This document shows positions 12,601-26,800 of a stretch of 64,000 nucleotides of DNA, one piece after another (the first letter of the stretch is position 1; each line of letters opens with the position of its first letter). The notes below the pieces were generated by a model, which saw only the letters and a list, made by a program, of their open reading frames with translations, was not told where the DNA came from and did no database searches. A program made the position numbers and the translations under genes. Source of the DNA: Octopus vulgaris (Eukaryota); the NCBI GenBank assembly GCA_951406725.2, contig OX597827.1, positions 38,688,001 to 38,752,000 of the forward strand, read 5' to 3'.

Positions 12601-15600
12601 CATCTCACCTTGTCATTACATGTCAGATAATCTTATGTCACTGTCTGCAGTTTCAGATGCCACATTAAATCCAGATGAACCAACGAAACAGCCGACCAAC
12701 TTGTTGGTCACATTTCTAGAATACAGTTCCATTGTTATGCAGGACACAAAAGGTAAAGATTTTATCACAACAGACTGTTATCTTAGATTGGTACCCCATG
12801 GTACCTTGATACCTTTTATATCAGTGCTTCTCAAGCCAACAAGAAAGCCCCACGACTTTCTTGTCAGCTTCATCATCATCATCATCATCGTTTAACGTCC
12901 GCTTTCCATGCTAGCATGGGTTGGGCGATTTTGACTGAGGGCTGGTGAACCAGATAACTGCACCAGGCTCCAATCTTGATCTGGCAGAGTTTCTACAGCT
13001 GGATGCCCTTCCTAACGCCAGCCACTCCAAGAGTGTAGTGGGTGCTTTTTACGTGCCACAGGCACGGGGGCCAGTCAAATCTTTTTACACATGTCATCGG
13101 CACAGGTGCCAGTAAGGTGACGCTGCTAACGATCACACTCAAATGGTGCCCTTTTACATGCCACTGGCACAGAAGCCAGTTTGCCGCTCTAGCAACGATC
13201 ACGCTCGGATGGTGCTCTCTGGCAACAATCACACTCACATTTAATTCACTCAGTTGTATTTTTTAGTTTTTATAAAGTAAATCTGAATTGTGGTTGTTGT
13301 TAACTGTAAACTATATTTTAAATTCACTATGTTTTTGTTTATTTCAGATGAAACTAGATATAACAATGCTAAACTATGTTTAATAATACTCAATTGCATT
13401 GCTGAGGTAAGTAAAGATATGGAATTTTGTAAGCTAAAGAGATTCAATGTAGCCTGTAAGCTGTTTATGTGTATGTATGTCCATAACCATATGCTCATGT
13501 TGTGCAATATAGACACAAAGGAAATTAAAGAAAGGATACAAAAAATAAAGTCCCTTCTTGTTTTTTTACTAGTTTCAGTCATTTGACTGTGGTCAGGCTT
13601 GGGTACCGACATTTACAGTATATTTAGCTATATCAACTGGTACTTATTAGAATAATGTAGCTACAAAAATATCATATTTAATTCTGTCTTTCTTTTAAAA
13701 TGCAGTCATCAAAAGACAAAAGCTGATCCACAAAAATATTAATTTTTACCTATAATACAGTTGATAATCCTTTATCCAAAATCTGAAATTTTTGTGAGTG
13801 AGAAAAATGCAGCAAATAGGGAATTCCTCAAACACCTGAAAATGTTTAAGAAAAATGGTGGGTGGGAGTATAGGTGTTTGTGAAACAAAGGTATGAGAAG
13901 CAAAAGCAAAAACAATGTGGTGTTCTTATATGTAGTTTTGACGAGCTGAATTGAAACTGTGAGATTTGTTTTAGTGGACATTGAAACATTCCCAAAGTGA
14001 AATTGTTATGTATTGTACAAAATGGACTAGCACCAAAATTTATATAAAACTACTTTTATGTTATAAGCTGTATTACAAAATGTAAATGGATAATGTCTTT
14101 AGACTTGGAAACCAGGCTGTTGCATTTTACACATGTAATAATTCCAAAATCAAAAGAATATGTAATTTGAAACATTTTCAGTGCCTGGCATTGTTAGGTA
14201 AAGAATTATCAAGTGTATTTGCATATAATCAAAATAGATTATTGAAAATAACAAATAGCTAACAAAGTATTATTGTTGATCATGAATACCCAACATTACA
14301 TGTGGTTTACTAATATACCAGATCCAACCTCTCACACCTACCCTACAATGTCATTAAAAAAATATACAAATAAGCAATCTATTTGACAAAGAAACCTGAT
14401 TGCTAAAGGGTTAAACTGCTGTTTGGAACATAAATTAACATGAAATTTTGATAGAATGTTTAAATTCAAATCACTTTAAAACAACCAGGGGTGCCTCCAG
14501 GTTGGCCGGTTATCAAAAGAGTTAATATATTTACCAGCATAAAAATCAACATAGTATGTAGTGTGTAAGCATTCAAATGTTGCCATTATCATTCAAAATC
14601 TTGCTGCATTTCAGACAGAATTTTGGGCTGTAAATTTTGGACTGAAAAATTCAACTTGTATGCTAGAAATCATGGTAAACGTGAATGATGTATGTGTGAT
14701 TAAGGTCCCAAACTACTGCTGACATGGTCACATTTTAAATTTTAGTGTAGCCATTATGTTGTGTCCCTGACAAAGAAACATGGTCTTGCTTACTTTCATT
14801 TTCTGATAAACAATAAGACGGGAACTACTCCCACTTCATAGCTGTGTGGTCAAAAGTATAAAGGAAGTCATCCAGTTGCAAAGAATTAGCTGTAGTCTCT
14901 CAATTTCTCTTATTCTACTGTTGTTGGTGTGATAATATAGATGTTTGAAAACAGTAAATGCAATACTTTTTGGTGTTAACATTAATGTTGGTGTTTTGTC
15001 TGTAATTCCAGGATCAGTATGCCAATTCTTTAATGACCGATAATAATATGACATTTCGTGTTCCACTGCACAGAATGGTGAGTTTTATTTATCTATTTAC
15101 TTCTATGCATTTCTTTTTTCCAGTTAGGTTTGTTTGTAATTATTAATTCAAAAAAGACTCTGACACTTCTACTATATTGTTTTGTAGCCTATGCGACATC
15201 GGAAGGTTAATGTAGACCAATTTCCTATGTGTCGTCCGTTGGTCTGTGCACTTCTTGGTAAGTTGCTCTCATACATTTTTGTTGTTGCAGTTGATTTATC
15301 ATCTCGGATCAGCTTTGGTCCAGCCATCAGTAGACATAGTGTGCCTAGGACTACCTTATACAATGTGTTCTGGTAGTATTATTGAGCTACAGGTAACCCT
15401 GATGCAGATCTCTCTTTTAAGGTGGTAGGGTGTAATTTGAGGGTGATTTGGCTGATATTTCTAGTATGTCAAGTAACTACATTGAGACTCCCTTGTTGGC
15501 TTTGTATTACTGTTGCAGCTGCTGCTACTACTGTTTTTGTTTTCTTTTATTTATAGTGCTGAGTATATATGCCAAGCCCATAACCCATTGTCACTACTGT

Positions 15601-18600
15601 TCACTGGCACAGAAGGTTTTTAAATGGCACCAGTACCTGCGAGGTTGCAAGACTAGGACGTCTCATTTGAGAGAGGGAGTGGGGGCATGGCCATAAAGGA
15701 CATGCGTATATGTTTGGATGGCCACGATTTTACTTAGCTTGACGTATCTTCTCAAGCACAGCAAATCGCCAGAAGCTTTGATCCGTTGTCTCCTTTGTGG
15801 GGCCCAACCTCTGAAGGACCCTTCCCAGTGCCACGTAAAAGCACCCATGCCAGTGCCACATAGCAACATCTGTGCTAGTATCATGTAAAAAGCTCCCAGT
15901 ACACTTTGTAAAGTGGTTGTTGTTAGGAGGACATCCAGCTATAGAAACCATGCCAAAACAGACAATTGGAGCTCTCTGGCTGGCCAGCTCCTATCAAACC
16001 ACCAATTCATGCCAGCATGGAGAACAGACGTTAAATGATGATGAGGATGATGATCATAATGATGATTTAGTATGGCTTGAACAAAGTCAGTCTATCAATA
16101 CCTGCCTCCATCCATGCTATACTCACTGGAATTTGCTGAAATTAACAATACTACAGTCTGTCAAAATACTCATTAGTTATACATTATTCCTGCTGATTAT
16201 TTCAGTAATGATTTGTTTCTGTCCTTTTGAACTTGCTGAAAGTTAATTGTCATGACAACAGTTACATATCAATACAACTGGTTGACTATCAGCAACATTC
16301 TTCTTTGGGAACTAAAGCATGGGTTCACAAATGTGGATAGGCAGCATTGAACCTACATACAGCAACTGTGCAAGGACTCCAAGTGCACTTGAGAAGACCT
16401 ACCATGTGCAGTTGTCAGACCAAATAGACTAGAGAGAATGAGTCACGGTGATCCATGCAATATGCACAACCAGATGATGATGACACATAAACATTACATC
16501 AAGTGGCCATGGACTCTTTACTTGACTACAAAATAATTTCAAATATACACTCACTGATGTTATAAATATTTGGGTTTAATTTAAGATGGTAAAGTGACAA
16601 AAATATGAGCAAAATACTAAATACCAAGAGGTTCACTTATTCTATTAACACCACCACCTCCACTTGGCCCTTAAGGGTCTTTTGCAGAGTTCACTGTATT
16701 GCTAGCATTTCAACAAACTGGGTCTCTGGTATTAAGATAACTTTCTCCTTTCCTGCTACCCATCCCAAAAGCCTTGAAAAGGCTCATAGCTACTGCACTT
16801 CCTCCTCTGGAATTCTGAGTTCGAATCCATCCATGTTTGACTTTGTTTTAATTTCTCCTGGGTCTGTATATGATCTAAGAATGATGTACTTATGTCACTA
16901 TCATCAACTCTACTCCATTCTCTGATAAATGTGGGGCTCTGTACCTATGTAAAAAATAAAATCAATATTTTGGTTCATTAAGGCAACAAACTGTCAGAAC
17001 CATTAACACACTGGGCAAATTCTTAGCAACATTTCATCCCTCTTTAGGTTCTGAGTTCAAATTCCACTAAGGTCAACTTTGCTTTTCATCCTTTTAGTAG
17101 AGTTAATGAAATAAGTACCAGTTGAACACTGGGGTCAATGTAATTGACTCACCCTCCTCCTCTGAACTTGCTGGCCTTGTGCCAAAATTTGAAGCCTGTA
17201 TATAGTTTCAGCGCTCTACATTCTGATTTCAAGTTCTACTGGTACCAGTAATATTCTAGAGCAAACAGCTAGCCTTTTGCCTATATAAGAAATCATCTTC
17301 GTTATAATTTTATTATTTATGCCAAATGGTTAATGAAGAAATGACCATGTTATTGTAGCGTCCTAAATTAAATACTTTACAGTATTTGATTTTGCTTCTC
17401 TTGACCCTGAGTTCAAAATCTCTCAAGTCAATTTTCCTTTTCGCTCCCACTCGGGGCAGGGGGGGGGGACAACAAAAGGAAAATATTGACAATATTTTAG
17501 TAGATGAGGCAAGAGAGAGTGGATAATTCATCTCTCTTCCTTTCTCTCTCTCACTCTCACTCTCTCTCTCTCTCACACACACGTAAAAATTGTCCTTGTA
17601 CTTAATCTTGAATAAAGAACTGTTTTAAATTACAATGTCATTTGCTTTAAAAATCTTTTTCTAGATCTGATGGTGGAATTCATTCTCAGTCATTTAATGA
17701 AGAACTTTCCTTCTGAGTTGCATCTGTAAGTATTTGTTTTTGATATTTATTATTTGTTTTAGTTAATTGTTTTACATCCCTTTTCTTAGAGCTAGCAAAG
17801 TGGGAATAGATTTTGCCAATTTATGCTTGTGTGTGTGTGTAGGGTCAAGAAGTTCAAAACCATAGACAAGTGTTGCTTATAGTTCTATAGCTGACACCTC
17901 ATATCTAATGATTCAAATTTCATGTTCCCAATTATTAGACTGGACACATCATTTTGAATAACTAGATGTGAGGTGCCAGCTGCAATAGCTGCATGTGTGT
18001 ATATATGTGTTTATGTGTGTGTATTTGCATGCATATCTGTGTTTGTTTACGTCTGTGACTGCTTAATCAAAAGTACAGTGGGTGGTGTTTTCAATTTCAC
18101 CTGTCGATAGTTCACTCAGTCACATCACACCTTCAAAGCCATGTGGAGTTAAGACATCCCTCATTTGAAAAACAGGTAAGGGTTAGCATCAGGACAGCAT
18201 CCACCTGTAAAACAATGCCCCATATAACATATTCCTCTAGTCCCTGCAAGTATGGAAAAACAGATGTAACACAAATGGAAGATTGGTAAAGAACACAATA
18301 TTAGTAGTTGTTAAAATGACTCCATACTTTGTTTCATACATCTCTATTAATCAGTAGGAAAGAAAAAGAAAATTGTGTAATTTATAGTAGTTTGGGCAAA
18401 GGTATATTTTATAGAAAATATTTTTACATGTCTATAATATACAGCATGGCATGTATTACATATGATTAAAATAGTTTCTTCAAGGATATGAAATGATATT
18501 CATCAACTGTTCTGTTATAATCATGTGTGTTGTTTCACTTCATTTTGATCTATAGGAAAATGAAACTTTGGTTTGTGTTCTCACACAAAATTTATCATAA

Positions 18601-21600
18601 CCCAGAATATTGTAAATACAATGTGCATCATCAATATCATTGTCATCATTATACGTTCATTTTCCCTGCTATCAAGGCCAGGATCTGCACCACGTTCCAT
18701 AGTCTGTTTTTGGCATGGTTTCTACAGCTGGATGCTCTTCCTAACACCAACCACTTTACTGAGTGTACTGGGTGCATACAATTTTCCTTTTCTTCTTCTC
18801 CAGTTATGAGTATTAGATATTTAAAACCTTACATAATGTCTGGATCAATTTTAATTAGATAATTATAACATCTACTAATATTTAGACATACACAGATAAA
18901 GAATACTATTTTACACATACCTAAAATATGACTGTTATTCCATTCAATTTAAATTGTTTGGAATCCGTTTCAATTTCAAATTTTATTGATAGAATTTCCA
19001 TGTAGTTAACTTTTATCTAGTTCCTTTGGGTTTGTACTGTAGAATCTATGCCTTCTCTCTTTCCAATCGCTTTAATGGGAATGACCAAGTTTCAGAAGAA
19101 AAGTTTGAATGTTATAATTATTTTATACTTTTTCTGTTATAATAAAGCTCATTATTTCACCAATTCTCTAATTAAATTTTATTCACTCTCCAGGCGCTGT
19201 TTGGGAATCATTCATCGAGTGCTGTGTTACCAAAAGAAGTGCAGAGTGCGCTTACAGTATTCTTGGAAAGACCTCTGGACTGGTAAGGAGTGGAATATCA
19301 ATGGCTCTGTAGCTTTTGTAAAATGTAGGGCTGGTGAATAATGTTATTAGAGTTCACACAGTTAAAGCCAACTTCATCTTAGATATGGTGCAGTATGGTG
19401 TTAGTGTCAAGTCAGATTGGGTCAGAACACTGTTGATTCCGATCGTGTGTCAGTAACTTTTTGATGAGAAGTAACATTTTAGTATCTGTTACTCTACACT
19501 AGGATGCCAATTCTCAGTCAGTTGCATCAGTAGTAAGAATCAGAAATACCAGTCAATTAATAGTTTCTCTCAGGACATACAAGCTTCAAATCAACCTGCC
19601 ATTATTTTAAACCCTCAAATTATACCCTATCATCTTAAAAAAGGACCTATTAAATTATGTAGTCCTTTGATAAGTTGTCTAACCAAAGGATGGACTAGTA
19701 ACAGCTGGAAGGCCTTCAAACATGAATCTGTGTAATCTGGGACTAAACAACATCATCAGATTTGAACTCAGTACTACTGAGTAAATGGAACATTTATTAT
19801 CTAAGAGATTTGTTGTTTACACCCTGTGATACCTATAAGCATCTAGGTAGACTGGGTCAATACTTTAATTGTGTACACTGTACAGTGCAATGCAGGTTAT
19901 AAGGATACAAATAACTCATCTCTCTTATCTGATTGTCAAATATTTTGTTATTTATTAAATCACTGTTTTCCACCTTTCACCAGGCCTCAAACCTTTCTGT
20001 AAACAGAAACAACATCAACCCATTTGAATCATCTTCCACCACCATCCTCAACATCATCTTTATTATTATTAGGTTGTCCAGAAAGTTTTGAGCATTTTTT
20101 AATGATATTTGAATTTTCTTCAATTTTTGCCTTCAAAATATCTTCATCCAATTTTGAAGGTCTTCCACTGCAACTATCATCTTCCAAGCTAAACTCTCCA
20201 GCTTTAAATTTTGCAAACCACCTTTAAACATTTGATTCACCTACAGCACCATCACCATAAACTTGGTTTTGAAATTCTTTGCAGCACTTCCTCCTTTTTG
20301 AAAAAGAAAAGCATTACAGCACAAATATGAAATTTTGGGTTATCCATTTCAAATGTCAATAAAGGGTAACCAGAATGAAAGATAAATCTATTTTTAGTCA
20401 GGAACAAAAAATAGATGCACTACCACTTTAAGCAATGCCAAAGTTCTGTGTTACATTTCAGGTGTGTTCAATGAAGTGTTAAAAGTGTTAGCTTTAAAAC
20501 ACTCAGAACTTTCCAGACAACCTAATACTATCACTATCATCTCTTCATCAGTATCAACACCACTGCCACTACTACCTATCATCACTATATTTTCATCAAC
20601 TTTATGCTCCAATATCATCATTGCTATAAATTACATACACATACATGTACACATTCATAAAGACACACAAGCTCATGTGCACACATAAACACTCAGAGAT
20701 GCACTCAAACACATAAATGCATTCTTATATATATATAGGGCAAAAGGAAAAAGATTTCTATGCCAATACGCTGAGAATAGGCTTTAAATTGTCAATCACC
20801 ACATACAATATACATCACTATGAATACACGTCATGCTGAAAACAAGGAAGGCAAGCTGACAGAATTTTTTTTAAACGCGTTATCTCTGGCCACTTTGATG
20901 AAATTTTTGGAAAAATTCTATCCTATGTTAGAAGTATGTATGTGCGTATATATATATATAAATTAGAATAAAACCAACTTTCATCAATTCAATTAGGAAA
21001 AATTAAATTATACCATTTACAAAAATTAAATATTAAAGAAAAATTAAATATAAGATAATACATATAACAACGATTAAGTAATGTGTAAAATAATAAGTAA
21101 AACGTATATATTTGGTAGAATAACGACACATGTTTCGTGGCTATATTTAAGAAGTGATAATAGTAGTAGTAGTAAAATCACTTCAATATAAATATAGCCA
21201 CTATTCAGGTTAAAGATAACAACGATAAAATAATTAATTAGATAAATTAATAAATATACATAAATAATCTTGTAGTGAAATTTGATTTAGTATTTCTAAA
21301 TTGAATTTTTCCCTGTAAGTTTGGAATAATATTCCCTCATATTATTATTATTATCATATATGTGTATATAACAATAGAGGATGTTGGAAAATTTTGGGGT
21401 GTTCTTTATTCACTATTATACATGTTTCATTTACTAATAAGTATGACAAAGTTTTACATGTTGCATAAACATGTAAGAAATTTCCTGTCAGAAATTCTTC
21501 AGAGAATATATATGTGTATGCTTATGCATAAATAGAGAGACAGACTGACAGAGATGCTCATACACACACACAGCACACACTCTCTACAACTACCGCTACT

Positions 21601-23467
21601 GTCCACCACATATCACGTTTAATTCAAATTCACATACTGCTGTCACATGACTGTAGCCTCTGCTACTCTGGCATTTGGTTAATTACAGTTTCTTTTTGAT
21701 TTCCAGCTTTAATGAACCTGCTCAAGTTTGTTCTCAGCCATGAGTCCTATTTGGTGAAGAAACACAATATCTTTCATGTTGCATCAAAGGTACATTGGAG
21801 AAATACTTTTCTTCTAGTTTACTGAGTTACAAACAGACATGAATGAAAGCTTCCCCATCATCATCATCATTTAAAGAAAATAAATTTTTAGCTGTTAACT
21901 TCATGTTTAGCATTTTCTATGGATAAGCATACGCTCCACCTGGGCTCCTGAGCAAAAAAACAAAACAAATATATACAGCTTAAGAGTAATGATTGCAGGC
22001 AAACTAATGAACAGAATTGGTTGGCATCTTCTTTTTCTATGTGTTCTTCATTATCATTTTATTGGGAATCCAGCAGAGATGATGTTCAATCTATTCCCAC
22101 TATAGCAGGAACATGGTGTAACAGGATTAAATAACATAAGGCTTTTTATTTTTCTGTAATTCTATTCATTCTTACATTCACTGGCCTTAATTAAAATAAT
22201 TAGCTTAGATGCAAAACCAAAATATGGTAGAATCAATCTTTTACTTTATGTAACATCATTGTATGAGGATAAAGAAATTGCATTTTAAAATTTTCTTGTT
22301 TTTCATATTATAATGTTCTGATGCCATAATTTCTTACAGGTTGTTAACATCTTCAACTTATTTATCACCTATGGTGACACGTTCTTACCTAACCCAACCA
22401 GTTATGATGAACTCTATTATGAAATCATTCGAATGCACCAGGTCTTTGACAATGTTTATTCTATGGGTGAGTTGGTTTACTTGGTCCATTGGTCTGTTGG
22501 CTGATTGATCAGTCAGTTGGTTAGCTGGCTGGTTGGTTGGTTCTTTGGTTATCTGTTTGTTCGTTTGTTTCAAGAAAATAAAAAAAAATCTCATGTGATT
22601 ATGTTTGCATACATCTGAATGTGTGTGCAGGTGTGTGGCTGTGTGCATGTCAGTATGTATGTGTGAATATATATGTGTGAAGCTGGCAGAAATGTAAGCG
22701 TGCCGGGTGAAATGCTTAGCGGTATTTCCTCTGCCGTTACGTTCTGAGTTCAAATTCTGCCAAGGTCGACTTTACCTTTCATCCTTTCTGGCTCAATAAA
22801 TAAAGTACCAGTTACACACTGGGGTTGATGTGATCGACTTAATCCTTTTGTCTGTCCTTGTTTGTCCCGTCTATGTTTCGCCCCTTGTAGGCAATAAAGA
22901 AATACATATGTGTGTGAAGGCATTTGTGTGTGTATGTGCGTGCATAAACAGTAACTTCTTCCATGATCTTGTCTGAAGCACACTAACACCACCACTACTG
23001 CTACTGCTGCTACTACTATTACTACTACTACTACAATCTGATCAGCTAATCTCTCTGTTGTTTCTCTCACTCACCAGCTTTAAGGTACACCACCAATGAA
23101 GGGGAATGGAAAGACTCTGCAGCAAAATTGAAGAACCACCTTGGAAATATCAGGTAACTTCATACACCTACATGTATAGGAAGTGAGTTCAATTCCTGCC
23201 TAAAATTGCTTAACTGGAAGAAGTGAGTTTGTTGAGAATATGCTGTAGTCTGGTGTTAACTCTCTGATGGTCACTAAACAAGATCTCTCTCTGATCTCTG
23301 ATCCAGTTTCAATTCTGAATCAAAAACTATCTTATTTACACACCAGCAGCACTGTCGTTTATGAAGTCATATACACCCCAACTTCTCATAGTTTCCTTTC
23401 TGTAAATTTTTTTTCTTAATTTTTGCTATGTCCCAAACATTATATCTACATGAGGAATAGAATAGTA

Positions 23468-23503
<36 letters not shown>

Positions 23504-23768
23504 GGCAGTCTAGGTCTAAAAATATTGGTAGCCAGGAGACTAAGGGGGCCCACCCCCAACTAGAATGCTATCTTCTTTTTTTTTGTTCTTTTGTTAAAAG
23601 TATTCTTTCCAGCTGTCTACAAATACAGCCAGGCTGAAATAATTAATGCATTCTTCCAGGAGTGAATAAAAAGTTCTCATACTTGAGGGGATGGGCCCTC
23701 TATATGGATTCTAATGGCGCAGGAGCCCACTTGCCATCGGGCAAGCTGGCAATCTGGCCAGTCTGCCA

Positions 23769-23828
<60 letters not shown>

Positions 23829-26800
23829 ATATATATATATGAATTTTCAGAATGAGATAAAAATCCAAGGCTGTGAAAGATTTTAGAACATTTATAAATA
23901 GGTCTTACAGCTGTTTCTGGGATATTTTATATATCCCTTCAACGGAGACGGTATGAGAAAATGGTTAAGCAATTGTTACTTTAGATAAAATATGAAATAG
24001 AGAGTGAAGTGAAGGAATGAAAATAGACGTGAGATATGCAGGGATATTGCATCTGTAGATCTATTATTTAAGCAGAATAGTATACATATAAGATTCCATT
24101 ACCTTGTGAGTAAGTTTCAATAATATTTAAAATTGGTCATTCCAAGTACAGAGTTTATACACAGTATTATTGAATCGAGTGTTTTAAATAAATTTTGCTG
24201 CACACACCAACAGAATTTAGATACATGATAATGATTAAAGTTAAATTTGTCTTACAGAAGTTTTTTATTTCTTCTTGATTATAAATGGGTGTAGAGAAAA
24301 TTATATGCATATATGAGTGTGTCTTTACATAGAGAGAGAAAATTGAGATGTTATATAATGAAATGGAGGAGGAACAAGTCATAATTTGTCAACGGCATGA
24401 ACATACCATGATACAAGAGAGAGAGAGATATAATGAACAAAATAAAAAATTGTCCAGCCCATGCCAATATGAAAAAATTAACACTTAGCAAATAGAAGAA
24501 AGAGAATATACATACATACACACACGCACATACATACATACATAAATACATACATACATACAGACAGATAGATATTATACATACATGCATATAAATATTT
24601 AATTACCAGAAGTTAGTAAAGTGTCTCAAGAGCCGAGTTCCTTGCATAGCACAAGACTTTTGGCTCTTTAGTCACTTACATAACTTCTGAAAAGTAAAAA
24701 CATCTACTCCTATATTGAGTTGTAGTTATCCTCTATTTTCTACCAAATGTATGTACATAAATACACACACACTTGTGTGTATCTGGTATTGATATTGCTT
24801 TATTTCTTTGTCTTTCAGAGCCATTATTAACCATTTTTCCCCTAAAGTGGATTCTTGGGCTGCACAGAACCATTTATCATCTCTAACAGAGAAACAGGTA
24901 GAAACACTGTTGTATATTTTTATTTGCTAAGAAAGAAGTGTACAGAGCTGATGTATGTTTGGACATTGAGGAACAGAGCTCAGTTAGGGGGCCCCACTCA
25001 AAATCCTATTTGAGTCCTATCGGCAACCAACTATTGTGGATAATGTAGTCATAGATACACTGCATCTGAAAGAAAAGTAAAGGATGGTCTCAGCTGGAAA
25101 TCCTTTGAATACAACCTTACTGTATCAAAGCTTATCTGAGACTAAATCTCAACAATAACAATAAGCAAACAGAAACAGACCAGCCATTGGAAGAGAATAC
25201 AGAACATTCATCTCATCAGCGGTTCTCAACCATTTTTTACTTATGAACCCCCTTTGATTTCTACTTTGCTCTACTCACCCTCATAGCCATTCAATGTTTA
25301 AAAAAGCCTATTATATATATGTGTATATATATATATGTGGAGGCGCAATGGCCCAGTGGTTAGGGCAGTGGACTTGCAATCGTAGGATCGCAGTTTCGAT
25401 TCCCAGACCAGGCGTTGTGAGTGTTTATTGAGTGAAAATACTGAAAGCTCCACAATGCTCTAGCAGGGGGTGGTGGCGATTCCTGCTGTACTCTTTCGAC
25501 GCAACTTTCTCTCACTCTTTCTTCTGTTGGCCTGCTTGCTTAGCCAGCGGGGTGGTGTCATTTGAAGGCTAAAACAATGCGAAGCGCATTGTGACCGGCA
25601 ATGTGTAGCAACATCTGAAAGCCTGGTCAGTCACGTGATATATATATATATATAATTACATTTTGGAATTGTATTTTAAAAATTGTTAAAATATTTTGTG
25701 TACTATAAAAGTATAAGCAACTTATTGCACGTAAATTTTACCATAAAAACCTGATATGGATCCCCCAAGGACCATATGAACGCCTGTTGAGAACCACTGA
25801 TCTACATTGTTACACTACTTCTCATACAATTAGCATCATATATCCAAGTGTGCTGTAATGTCCTTAGCTGATTAGAAGCATTGTGTATCTAGAACAGTGG
25901 TTCTCAACCAGGGTCCGTATGAAATTTTTCGGAGTCCATGCAACAAAATAGTAAATTGGGTATCCACAATAGTATTTTAAGGGTCCCTGAAAAAATTTTG
26001 CATTAGATATATGTATTGGTATGTATTGCAAGAAATAGCTAGGTTTTTTTCTCTAACATTTTACATAGTCCAATCTACACGAGTTAATGTGTGAAAAGCA
26101 AAATGGGAATTTTTAAAGAAGTTTCTATAAACTATTAGTTAAACATCAAATCACCAGAATAAAATAATAATCAAAGGGGTCCTTAGGTAAAAAATGGTTG
26201 AGAACCCCTGGTCTAGAACAATAGATGATTTATGGATAAAACCTAGTCATTCAGCTAGATACCTGCATGCCATAGGTCTTTGAATTGACTTTGGATCACA
26301 CAGCAACAACATACTCTAGGCTGCAGCTCAGCCAGTAATGAAATAAGTAGTGAGTTGGCCAAAATGGTAGTGTTTTGTCATGAAATTCCTTACAATAGGG
26401 ACTCTCAAACTGACAAATACCAGAGTCCCACTCCCAAAAATTAATGAAATTTTTTTAATATTCCCCTTCCTCTTTCTTAATGAGGAAATGACAAAGTTTG
26501 CATGTATATTATTTTTCTATCTTCACCATTGTGTCAGGCAAGTTTAAAACCATCTTATTTTATTGGATTGGATCACCCATGTTCAGTCCACTGTCAGTTG
26601 AAGGCCTCAGCATATTCTCTCCACCAGAGACTGACTTGAGGTCATTCAGGTTTGTTGAGCCTACTCTGCCCACACTAGATCAACATGACTTTGCAGAGGG
26701 ATGCAGTTTTTCTACTCTTACCCAGGAGTAGTAAAGTTGATTGCATCAACTCCAGTGCTCTTATTGACCTTGAAAGGATGAAAGGCAAAGTAGACTTTGG

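Noticed and set aside
25339-25415. tRNA-like sequence (tggcccagtggttaggg...gtttcgattccc)
   Set aside because: It is the head of a tRNA-derived SINE continuing into a repeat body found elsewhere (e.g. ~12120); there is no proper acceptor stem.
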